This document shows positions 41,335 to 49,903 of a DNA stretch of 64,000 nucleotides, piece after piece; within the stretch, counting starts at the first letter, position 1, and the number at the start of each line of letters is the position of its first letter. This DNA comes from Candidatus Margulisiibacteriota bacterium (GTDB taxonomy: Bacteria > Margulisbacteria > WOR-1 > JAHJIW01), in the NCBI GenBank assembly GCA_018823125.1, contig JAHJIW010000010.1, positions 93,396-157,395 of the forward strand, in the 5' to 3' direction. Position numbers and translations under genes: made by a program. A model generated the notes under the pieces. The model was not told where the DNA came from. It did no database searches and saw only the letters and a program-made list of their open reading frames with translations.

Positions 41335-43311
41335 TTAGAATGTATCCTTTTTTGCACCTCCTTCAAACTTATCTTTTGTTAATCCCATATTTAATTTTGG
41401 CTTCATGGTCGGAAACAAGATAATATCTCGAATAGAAGCCGAGTTGGTTACCACCATAGCTAACCGGTCAATTCCAATTCCCAATCCACCCGTAGGTGGC
41501 ATCCCAATTTCTAAAGCCTGCACAAAGTTTTCATCAAAAGGATGCGCTTCCTCGTCTCCTTGCCCAGCTCTCACCACCTGTTCTTCAAAACGCAATCTTT
41601 GATCGATCGGATTATTTAATTCCGAAAAGGCATTGGCAATTTCCATTCCGCCAGCCACAAAAGCTTCAAAGCGTTCTACATATTCCGGATCCTCCGGACA
41701 GCGTTTGGCTAAAGGGGTGGTAACCGTTGGATACCGGGTCACAAAAGTGGGTTGAACCAGCTGGCTTTCGGCTAATTCTTCAAAAAGCGTGGCAATGATC
41801 CATCCACGCTGCATGTTATCTTCAAGTTCAATTCCTCTTTCTTCGGCAATGGCTCTTAAACTGTCAACACTGGCTCCCATTACCGATACCCCACCCATCT
41901 GTTCAATTGCAGCCTCCATGGTCACCCTTCTCCAGGGCGGAGCAAAATTTAGCAGCGTTCCTTGATAATCAATTTGATGTTTGCCGCAAACTTCCCTGAC
42001 AATGTGCGCCACCATAGTTTCGGTAATCCACATCATTTGCTCATAGTCAGTATAAGCCCAGTATAATTCCATGGAAGTAAACTCAGGATTATGTTTCTTA
42101 TCAATCCCTTCGTTTCTAAAAATTCTTCCAATTTCAAAAACCCTTTCGTAACCACCGGCAATCAAGCGCTTTAGATCAAGTTCGGTCGCAATGCGCAGGG
42201 TCAAATCCATACCCAAAGCATGTGATGTAGTGACAAAGGGTCGCGCAGCGGCTCCGCCGTGCATTTCCTGCAATATCGGCGTTTCAACCTCCATAAATTC
42301 ATGTCCCCATAAAAACTGGCGCATTTCGCGCACTACCTGACTGCGGGCTCTAAATCTTGCTCTAACCGAAGCATTCGAAGCCAAATGCATATAGCGTTGA
42401 CGCTGCTGAAGCTCGGGATCATCCAGTCCCATATGGGTTCCTTCTTCACTGGTTTTTCCCGGCAGAGGACGAATGGCTGATGCCAGAAGCGTATAATCTT
42501 CTATCCTTAAAGTTAATTCACCGGTCCGGGTATGAAACATGCGCCCTTGCAGCCCTAAAAAGTCACCCGTGATTATTTGTTTTCTAAATAAACCATATGC
42601 TTCTTCCCCAACTTCGTCGCTTTGCATAAAAATCTGAACACGGCCGGACTCATCTTCAATGTGTCCGAAAGAAATTCTTCCCTGTTCTCTTTTTAATACT
42701 AATCGGCCGGCAATCCTGACCTCGGTTGGCAAGGCTCCTCCCTCGCCGATTGCTTCGCACTGACTTCTTAAATCACCAATATGATGGGTCCGGTCATATT
42801 TTGTAGCGCCATAAGGATTAATCCCCTGCTCCAACAAATTTTGCACCCGGGTATACCCTTGAATTACAGTTGGGTTCCAGGTTGCAGGATATGGAGACAA
42901 AATAATGTCTGAAACTCTTAACACAACTTCGCCGCGATGATCATGACTGACATCCCCAATAAAACCAAAATTATCTCCGTTTCCCATAGAAATCCTTAAT
43001 GCATCAATGCTTTGCTGAGGGATAGATCCCTTAGCAAACATAATTTGAATTTCGCCACTTTCATCCGTAACTTTTCCTTGTGATGCTTTATGGATTTTTC
43101 CTTTAATGACTAAATTCCCGATAATTTGAATACCCTGCGGCAGGTTAGCTCCTTGCGGCAGCGCTTCGCACCGGGTTCTCAATTCTGCGACGCTGTGGGT
43201 ACGATTAAAAGTGTTGGTAGAATGGGGCTTAAAACCTCCTCGTATAACAGAATGCAGATTCCCGTATCCCCTAATCCTTGGAGCAGTTGCCTTTGAAGTT
43301 GTAGATACCAT
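41335..43311 (-). CDS. second class II lysyl-tRNA synthetase with a duplicated N-terminal OB fold
   Basis: Motif 1 EVETPIL, motif 2 FRNEGIDKKHNPEF, EIANAFSELN, motif 3 GLGIGIDR; two RTH...DESG.(I/V)QI blocks; ATG at 43311 after AAGGAG. Confidence 0.9.
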   Translation of the reverse strand: MVSTTSKATAPRIRGYGNLHSVIRGGFKPHSTNTFNRTHSVAELRTRCEALPQGANLPQGIQIIGNLVIKGKIHKASQGKVTDESGEIQIMFAKGSIPQQSIDALRISMGNGDNFGFIGDVSHDHRGEVVLRVSDIILSPYPATWNPTVIQGYTRVQNLLEQGINPYGATKYDRTHHIGDLRSQCEAIGEGGALPTEVRIAGRLVLKREQGRISFGHIEDESGRVQIFMQSDEVGEEAYGLFRKQIITGDFLGLQGRMFHTRTGELTLRIEDYTLLASAIRPLPGKTSEEGTHMGLDDPELQQRQRYMHLASNASVRARFRARSQVVREMRQFLWGHEFMEVETPILQEMHGGAAARPFVTTSHALGMDLTLRIATELDLKRLIAGGYERVFEIGRIFRNEGIDKKHNPEFTSMELYWAYTDYEQMMWITETMVAHIVREVCGKHQIDYQGTLLNFAPPWRRVTMEAAIEQMGGVSVMGASVDSLRAIAEERGIELEDNMQRGWIIATLFEELAESQLVQPTFVTRYPTVTTPLAKRCPEDPEYVERFEAFVAGGMEIANAFSELNNPIDQRLRFEEQVVRAGQGDEEAHPFDENFVQALEIGMPPTGGLGIGIDRLAMVVTNSASIRDIILFPTMKPKLNMGLTKDKFEGGAKKDTF

Positions 43312-43333
43312 TTTGTACTCCTTTCTTTTTTTC

Positions 43334-43370
43334 AAAATAAAAAAGCCGTTCCGATTTGTCGGGACGGCTT
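43334..43370 (-). terminator. intrinsic terminator in the LysRS2 leader
   Basis: AAGCCGT-c-CCGA-CAAA-TCGG-a-ACGGCTT followed by TTTTATTTT. Confidence 0.75.
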
Positions 43371-43402
43371 CTTGAACCTTTTATCAAAGATTGGACTTTT
43401 GT

Positions 43403-43441
43403 CTCTAGTAGTATATCGGGAGGTAGTTAAATAAATTTCAC
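43403..43441 (-). promoter_or_regulatory. sigma28-like promoter, copy D
   Basis: GTGAAATTT-N13-CCGATA-N7-AGAG. Confidence 0.75.
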
Positions 43442-43525
43442 TTTTTCTGGGGTTTATTTTGGGGTTAGCGGCCAAATCGAGGATAAAGCATTAAGGGCAC
43501 ATTTTGCCAGTAACTCGTTACATCT

Positions 43526-44800
43526 TCATTTTACACTCGGCAAGGTATTATATCCTTGCGGGATTACATAAATCAAAGGATTTGGCGGCAGGTGTCGTAC
43601 CGCCTCCGCTAAAGCGTCCTGCATATTCGATACGGGGATGATTTGCATTTTCTTAACCTGGGAATGATCCATTTTAGTTAACCAAATAACTTTAAAGGTT
43701 TCGGCTTTTTTAACTGCGGCATAAACGGTATGTTTTGAAATTAAAAATTGGCGCTTTAAGTCTTTAGCAATCGCTTCCGCACTGCCGATTTCAGCCCAGG
43801 CCAAATATTCGGGACGGGGATAGCCCATCTCTGATTCGGCAACTACAATTAAAACCCCACCCGGCTTCAATACGTATGAAGCATTTTCCATCGCCTTATG
43901 CGCCTGTACAAAATCAATATCTTTGGGATGCCCGCCCGCCGAAACAATCACTAAATCGGCTTTCTCCTTAACTGCTACCCGCGCATAACGATCGATAGTT
44001 TCACAACCAGAGAGATGCGCTTTTTCGATATCTCCCGAAAAGACAAAAGACAGCTCTTTATCCTGATTTAATACTACGTTAATAATAAAAGTGGGGACTA
44101 AGAGCTTCGCCGCTTCCAGCATATCCTCGTGCACCGGATTATTGATTAAGTTTCCGGTCACTGCATATTTGCGTTGTCCATGCTCTTTTATTTCGGCTAG
44201 AACAAATTTATGATTATTTTGAATGGTTTCATAAGATGAAATCCCGGGCAATGCCGTTTTGCGTCCTCCGGCAAACCCGGCAAAATAATGATAGGTAATT
44301 CCGCCGATAAAAATGCGCTTATCCGCTTCCACCGCGATCTTATTCATGAAAATTTCATTGCCGCGGGAAGTTTTGCCGATTTTGACCAAATTATTTTTAT
44401 TTTCTGAATCATGATCAAGCAGTTTTACCCGCTTTGCGGCGGCGTTGCCCACAATTTTTTCTTGTTCCGCCCGGGTATGGGAAAGATGAGTGCCTCTGGA
44501 AAAAATTACCGTAATATTTTCATCCGGAACTCCAAATTTATTGAGCTCATCTAACAGCAGCGGCAAAATTACGTCGGTTTTGGTATGACGGGTTTTATCC
44601 GGAACGCAAATGGCAACCGTATCCCCCGCTTTGATAAAATCTTTGAGCGGCGGACTATCAATCGGGCTAGAAAATGACGCGATAATCGACTGCGCCGCGT
44701 TTTTGACCGCGGGCATGGTTTTGCCTTCGAGTTTTCCTAATAATTTTCCCGGAGGCAAGTCAAATGCAACTTCAGCTTTACCGTAGTTTAGTTTAAGCAT
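43526..44800 (-). CDS. larA: LarA family nickel-pincer racemase/epimerase
   Basis: VPDKTR, GTH, DHD, HYFAGFAGGRK, NH, QAHK motifs. Confidence 0.82.
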   Translation of the reverse strand: MLKLNYGKAEVAFDLPPGKLLGKLEGKTMPAVKNAAQSIIASFSSPIDSPPLKDFIKAGDTVAICVPDKTRHTKTDVILPLLLDELNKFGVPDENITVIFSRGTHLSHTRAEQEKIVGNAAAKRVKLLDHDSENKNNLVKIGKTSRGNEIFMNKIAVEADKRIFIGGITYHYFAGFAGGRKTALPGISSYETIQNNHKFVLAEIKEHGQRKYAVTGNLINNPVHEDMLEAAKLLVPTFIINVVLNQDKELSFVFSGDIEKAHLSGCETIDRYARVAVKEKADLVIVSAGGHPKDIDFVQAHKAMENASYVLKPGGVLIVVAESEMGYPRPEYLAWAEIGSAEAIAKDLKRQFLISKHTVYAAVKKAETFKVIWLTKMDHSQVKKMQIIPVSNMQDALAEAVRHLPPNPLIYVIPQGYNTLPSVK

Positions 44801-45885
44801 TAAAAACTGTACCTTAACTTTGCAAAATAATAAGTATTACCTAATAGTCCGGTCGGATCCTGGGTGCTATTAGGATTATACTCCGTTCCGGATGAGCCGC
44901 CCATCGTCAAAGCTCCCAGATAAAAATCAAGATCATTTAAAACATTCCAGGTCCACATCGGATAAATCACAAAGCTTCCGTCATTAGTATTTAAAATATA
45001 GCTAAGTTGAATTTGATAGATATCACCGTATGTTCGGCTGGCTCCCAGATAAAGATAATCACGCGCCAACTGATAAATTGATCCGGTCAGATACGAAGTC
45101 CAGTCATAAGCCGAAACATTGGTAGCACCCAGTCCGTTAAAATAATATTCTCCAATTAACATTACATCGGTTTCAAAAGTATAGTCTGCCCCTAAAATAT
45201 ACCGACTGTATTGCCGGCCGCTGTTTAAAAAGACATTAATATATTCACCCTTAACTCCAATGGTTAAAAGTTCTCCTACAAAATCCCCGCCAAATTGATT
45301 ATCCCCCGCCGAATTCAACTTTACAAAACTGGAAGAGAAATCAAAAAGTCCGGCATTCCCCTTAATTTTAAAAGCAAATTTATCGTTAGCGGGATTTTGC
45401 TGGGCGGTTTGTACAAATTCCATGTACGAAGCCGCCCCTAAAGGCACAATAGCACGGGCGGCACTAATCCCCTCTCTTTCCTCATCCGAAAGAGTTAACG
45501 AAAAAGGGTTAAACACATCGGTTGGGTTCCAGATATAGCCGGTCCCCCACGCGATCCGCTGCCTCCCCACCGTTAAATCCACCATTGGAAAATAAATTTG
45601 GGCATAACAACGATCTAAGCTGTTATATCCCGGGAGCGTAACCAAACTGCTGCCGTCCATCCGGTTATAAACCAGTTCAGTATGGATATATAAGTGGTCA
45701 CCAATTTCGCGCGCAATTCTTAACCGAACTTTATCTAAAGCGGCAACCCGCGGGGCGTCTTTAAACATAACGTAGTCGATCTCAGAACGAATGTATCCGC
45801 CAATATCCCAGTCTTCAGCAAATGAGGCAGAGGCGGCAACCAGCAGCAGTAATAATACAATATAGATTAAATTGTATTTTTTCAT
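44800..45885 (-). CDS. secreted, probable outer-membrane beta-barrel protein
   Basis: Signal peptide; GRQRIAWGTG...PTDVFNP; C-terminal YFAKLRYSF. Confidence 0.7.
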   Translation of the reverse strand: MKKYNLIYIVLLLLLVAASASFAEDWDIGGYIRSEIDYVMFKDAPRVAALDKVRLRIAREIGDHLYIHTELVYNRMDGSSLVTLPGYNSLDRCYAQIYFPMVDLTVGRQRIAWGTGYIWNPTDVFNPFSLTLSDEEREGISAARAIVPLGAASYMEFVQTAQQNPANDKFAFKIKGNAGLFDFSSSFVKLNSAGDNQFGGDFVGELLTIGVKGEYINVFLNSGRQYSRYILGADYTFETDVMLIGEYYFNGLGATNVSAYDWTSYLTGSIYQLARDYLYLGASRTYGDIYQIQLSYILNTNDGSFVIYPMWTWNVLNDLDFYLGALTMGGSSGTEYNPNSTQDPTGLLGNTYYFAKLRYSF

Positions 45886-46661
45886 CCCTTACGTAAATTT
45901 CTCAGTGAAAAAATTCCGGCAGGAAGCTTAACATCCAATTCAATACTATCAATAATAAAGTCAGTTTTACTATCTTTTCTCAACATATTCCGCATGGTCA
46001 TATAAGTTGGATAGTATCGTCCCCCGCCCAGATGATCAACCTTAGTAACCACCATAACTTTTAAGAGTTTTCCGCTTTTAGCATACAATTCTTCTTTTAA
46101 ATACACAAAACGCTCTTTATCAACCCAGAGTTTGACCTTGTAATAAGTAACTTCCTTAACTTTGGCCACTAACTCTACCACATAACATTCGCGGTCCAGA
46201 TATTTTTCGCTGCCCACTAATTTGGCATCATATTTTTTAACCAGCGAGTCCGATTCCATCGAATCTTCGTAGGAAAAATCGGATCCCATCATTGACTGCC
46301 GGAGCATATGCCCGGCAATTTTAATTACCTTCTCTACGCTCGGCAGATACATCCAGAGATTATCTCCGATTTTTAAATATTTAACTCCCTTGTCGCGATT
46401 TGGATATAAAAATTCAGCATAAGCTTTGTCGCTCCCCTCCGAATACATTAACAGTTTTTTTTCTCTCACTGTATCCGCTTCCGGTTTGCCGGTTTTCTCA
46501 TCCACTTCAATCCCGGTTTTGATAATCATGCGCGCGGTCATCTTGGCCGTTTTAAAAAGCATGTTCTGGTCAATTCTTTTAATGATTTCTTCACCCGTAA
46601 TAGCGTTAGCCAAAGAAGCAAAAATAAAAAGAAATAAAATGATAAAACCAATTTTTTTCAT
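45882..46661 (-). CDS. outer-membrane lipoprotein-sorting (LolA-like) protein
   Basis: Signal peptide; LWMYLPS, MMGSDFSYED, ELYAKSGKLLK, IFSLRNL; GGGAG RBS. Confidence 0.8.
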   Translation of the reverse strand: MKKIGFIILFLFIFASLANAITGEEIIKRIDQNMLFKTAKMTARMIIKTGIEVDEKTGKPEADTVREKKLLMYSEGSDKAYAEFLYPNRDKGVKYLKIGDNLWMYLPSVEKVIKIAGHMLRQSMMGSDFSYEDSMESDSLVKKYDAKLVGSEKYLDRECYVVELVAKVKEVTYYKVKLWVDKERFVYLKEELYAKSGKLLKVMVVTKVDHLGGGRYYPTYMTMRNMLRKDSKTDFIIDSIELDVKLPAGIFSLRNLRKG

Positions 46662-46693
46662 ATGCAACTCCCGTCAAAATAATCCAAAAATTA

Positions 46694-47371
46694 TTATACT
46701 ACATACGCCGACAAAGTCTTTAATTTTTCTTCAATTTTAGCTCTGGTTTGTTCGACTTCTTCTGGAGTTAAATTTTCTTTTAGATAAATCGGATCCCCAA
46801 AGACAATAGAAATTTTACTAAACGGCATGGGAATCAGATATTTATCCCAGCGCCACGTTAACTTCAATGCACTTTCGGCACGAATCGTCACCGGCAAAAT
46901 AGGACAGCCGGATCTACTAGCCAAAGTTATTGATCCCGGCTTCATTTTATAAATCGGTCCCGCCGGTCCATCCACCGTAATCCCCAAACCGTATCCATCT
47001 TTCAAGCATTTAAGCGAGATCATCAAATCCCCGATCCGATCAGCCATTTTTCCTTTTTCGCTGATGCGCAATACTTTATAGCCCAACCATTTTGATACCA
47101 ACCCGATAATATCTCCTCGTAAACCCTGAGCGGCTAGGATACAAATTTTTTCTTTACGGAAATAAGGTAAAAGCGAAAACGTGGCTTGATGCCAAATTAC
47201 AAAAATTGCAGGCTGGTTAAGCTCTTTTAATTGATCGAACGCATTTTGGTTGATCGTTTTTATTCTTAAGGTGCAATTTACCAAAATCTTCAGCGTAAAA
47301 AGAAGGGCCGCGCACAGCCGGATATAGATAGTTAAAATTACTTTGATCATGATTGAAAAACCAGTCCTCAC
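46694..47371 (-). CDS. DUF374 / lysophospholipid acyltransferase family protein
   Basis: IFVIWH, ITVDGPAGP, WDKYLIPMPFS; start uncertain (47371 GTG or 47350 ATG). Confidence 0.78.
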   Translation of the reverse strand: MRTGFSIMIKVILTIYIRLCAALLFTLKILVNCTLRIKTINQNAFDQLKELNQPAIFVIWHQATFSLLPYFRKEKICILAAQGLRGDIIGLVSKWLGYKVLRISEKGKMADRIGDLMISLKCLKDGYGLGITVDGPAGPIYKMKPGSITLASRSGCPILPVTIRAESALKLTWRWDKYLIPMPFSKISIVFGDPIYLKENLTPEEVEQTRAKIEEKLKTLSAYVV

Positions 47372-47409
47372 CTGTTATATTCTAAACACTTATTCACGGA
47401 GGTTCAACT

Positions 47410-48930
47410 ATGCAAAAAAGAGCAAGCTGGGGATCACAAATGGGATTTATTTTAGCCGCGATCGGGTCCGCCATCGGCTTAGGAAACATCTGGCGTTTTA
47501 GTTACATGACTTACAAAAACGGAGGCGGAGCGTTCCTGATCCCCTATCTGGTAGCACTACTGATTGTTGGGTTTCCGCTTTTAATTTTAGAATACGGCCT
47601 CGGTCACAAAAAACACGGCGCTTCGTCGCTGGCCTTTGCCAAGATCAGCCGAAAAATTGAATGGCTAGGTTGGTGGATGCCCACTTTTGCCTATTTTGGA
47701 ATTATGCTTTTTTATACGGTAATTATCGGCTGGTGCGTCAACTTTATGATCTACAGCATAAATTTATCCTGGGGAGCAGACCCCGAAGCATTTTTTATTA
47801 AAAACTTCCTGCAGCTTTCTTCATCATCTACTCAAATCGGCAGCTTAGTGTTACCCATTGTCTTTAGTTTGGCCTTCGTGTGGCTGGTTTGCTGGTTTAT
47901 CTGTTTCAGAGAAGTAAACCACGGCATCGAAAAGGCCTGCATAATTTTTATGCCGCTGCTTTTTGTGCTGACTATGGTTTTAATCGGATGGGGATTCACC
48001 TTGCCGGGAGCACTGGAAGGAATTAAATGGTATCTCAAACCCGATTTTTCCAAAATTATGAACTGGGAAGTATGGATGGCAGCTTTCGGACAAATATTTT
48101 TCACCTTAACCCTGAGTTTCGGGGTCATGATCGCCTATGCATCCTACTTACCTAAGAAAACTGACATCGTGCGCAACGCTTACCTCACCGGAATCATCAA
48201 TTGTTTTTATTCTTTCATCATGGGTTTTGCGGTTTTCAGCGTATTAGGCTACATGGCCAATCAAGCCGGCGTTCCGGTCTCGGAAGTAGTAAAATCAGGG
48301 GTAGCCTTAGCTTTTATCGTCTTTCCTAAAGCCATTTCTCAACTGCCGGCATTCAATAATATCTTTGGAATATTATTCTTCGGTACTTTAGTTATTGCTG
48401 GGCTATCCTCAGCAATATCCTTAGTAGAAGCGTTCAGCCGCGCCTTAACCGATAAATTTGACTGGAACCGAAAAACAACCGTACACGTATTATGTGTACT
48501 TGGATTTTTAGGATCGCTTTTATTTGCTACCCAAGGCGGTCTTTATTTTATCGATATTGTAGATCACTTCATTAACTATTACGGATTAGTTTTAGCCGGA
48601 GCACTGGAATGCTTACTGATCGGCTGGGTATTAAAAGCACACGTATTAAGAAATCATATCAACGCAGTTTCAGGGTCACACTTAAATAAGCTCTGGGATT
48701 ATCTAATTAAATTTGTGGTGCCTGCGATTTTAATCATTACGCTTCTTATAAATTTAGTTAAAGAAATCTCCGCACCCTACGAAGGCTATAGTATCGTGGC
48801 AATTTTAATTTTAGGAGTGCTGTGGCTGGTCGGAACCGCCCTCCTGGCACTAATCTTTACCATTCCAAAATGGGAAAAAGCTAAACTGGAGTATAATCAC
48901 TTTGCCGAAGAAGATAAATTATTGGTATAA
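47410..48930 (+). CDS. NSS family sodium-dependent transporter
   Basis: GSAIGLGNIWRF, GGGAFLIPY, AFGQIFFTL, LAFIVFP. Confidence 0.93.
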   Translation: MQKRASWGSQMGFILAAIGSAIGLGNIWRFSYMTYKNGGGAFLIPYLVALLIVGFPLLILEYGLGHKKHGASSLAFAKISRKIEWLGWWMPTFAYFGIMLFYTVIIGWCVNFMIYSINLSWGADPEAFFIKNFLQLSSSSTQIGSLVLPIVFSLAFVWLVCWFICFREVNHGIEKACIIFMPLLFVLTMVLIGWGFTLPGALEGIKWYLKPDFSKIMNWEVWMAAFGQIFFTLTLSFGVMIAYASYLPKKTDIVRNAYLTGIINCFYSFIMGFAVFSVLGYMANQAGVPVSEVVKSGVALAFIVFPKAISQLPAFNNIFGILFFGTLVIAGLSSAISLVEAFSRALTDKFDWNRKTTVHVLCVLGFLGSLLFATQGGLYFIDIVDHFINYYGLVLAGALECLLIGWVLKAHVLRNHINAVSGSHLNKLWDYLIKFVVPAILIITLLINLVKEISAPYEGYSIVAILILGVLWLVGTALLALIFTIPKWEKAKLEYNHFAEEDKLLV

Positions 48931-48936
48931 ATAACT

Positions 48937-49233
48937 ATGCTGCAAAGATTACCTTTATCAGAACTTAAAACCGGTCAATCCGGAACCATTGTCCAATTAA
49001 TTGGGAAACCTAAGCTCCTACAAGATTTTATGACCCACGGCATACGGGTAGGATTGAAAATAAAAATCCAAAAGAGTGTGCAAAACGAAGGTTTTATCCA
49101 CATTAATCTGGGAACCACTAAAGTATCTGTCGACCAGTCAGTAGCAAAATACATTATCGTTAGCATCAATCCATCAAAATCTGAAGACAAAGAAGATTTC
49201 AGTCAGTGGACCATCGATCCGAAAGATATCTAA
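48937..49233 (+). CDS. FeoA-like SH3 protein
   Basis: LSELKTGQSGTIV...GIRVGLKIKI...VAKYIIV. Confidence 0.7.
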   Translation: MLQRLPLSELKTGQSGTIVQLIGKPKLLQDFMTHGIRVGLKIKIQKSVQNEGFIHINLGTTKVSVDQSVAKYIIVSINPSKSEDKEDFSQWTIDPKDI

Positions 49234-49253
49234 CCGAGCCCGCCGCAGGCGGA

Positions 49254-49901
49254 CTAGCGAGTTTCTACTTTGCGCGGACGAATGACCTTGGAGTAGTCTT
49301 TGGGCGGCTGTCTAGTTTCCATTTTGTCTAACTTGCCTTGTTTTTCCAGCTTTTTATAAATCATGTACCAGGCACAATCCTGATTTGGATTTACTTCGCA
49401 TTTGCCGTCGTGTGATCCGCCGCAGGGTCCATTTAAAAGCCGTTTAGAACAACGGGCTACCGGGCAAATGCCTCCGGTTTTTTCCAAAACACAGTCGCCG
49501 CACATCACACACATTTCATAAAACTTACCAATGCGCTTGGTGCGGCCTAAAAAGAGCGAATCCAGCGCCGGAATGACCGGTAGTTCGCTAATATCCGCAA
49601 TGGTTTGTACCCCTGCCCCACATGACAGCACTAAAACCGCATCCGCAGTTTTAAATACCCCGCTCCCAACTTCTTTAAAGTCGATTCGATTTAAGCGGTC
49701 ATCACAGGGCGCCTCTAAAACTTTGGAAGCTAATACTTCTTTACCGGCTTTCTCCAGTTTTTTAACTATGGCGGCTACTTCTTTTTCTCCACCGGTACCG
49801 CAACTAGTGGCACAGCGGCTGCAGCCAAAAACAATAATCTTTTCGGCGCCTTCCAGCGACTTTAAAATTTTTTCAAACTGTTTTTGTTCGGTAATAATCA
49901 A
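49254..49901 (-). CDS. methylenetetrahydrofolate reductase C-terminal domain (MetV-like) protein
   Basis: CATSCGTGG, LSCGAGVQ, CVMCGDC, CPVARCSK.LLNGPCGG, DCAW. Confidence 0.85.
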   Translation of the reverse strand: MIITEQKQFEKILKSLEGAEKIIVFGCSRCATSCGTGGEKEVAAIVKKLEKAGKEVLASKVLEAPCDDRLNRIDFKEVGSGVFKTADAVLVLSCGAGVQTIADISELPVIPALDSLFLGRTKRIGKFYEMCVMCGDCVLEKTGGICPVARCSKRLLNGPCGGSHDGKCEVNPNQDCAWYMIYKKLEKQGKLDKMETRQPPKDYSKVIRPRKVETR

Positions 49902-49903
49902 GA

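Noticed and set aside
41335-43311. EpmA/PoxA (EF-P lysyl ligase) identity
   Set aside because: EpmA lacks the anticodon-binding domain, whereas this protein has two OB blocks.
36040-43406. ANTAR sites in the sigma28-linked leaders
   Set aside because: The small GAC-(TTAAA/AAAA)-GTC hairpins have 4-5 nt loops, not A1/G4 hexaloops.
43311-43525. Lysine riboswitch upstream of LysRS2
   Set aside because: The predicted leader is only about 95 nt and I see no multi-stem L-box architecture; the known aptamer is much longer.
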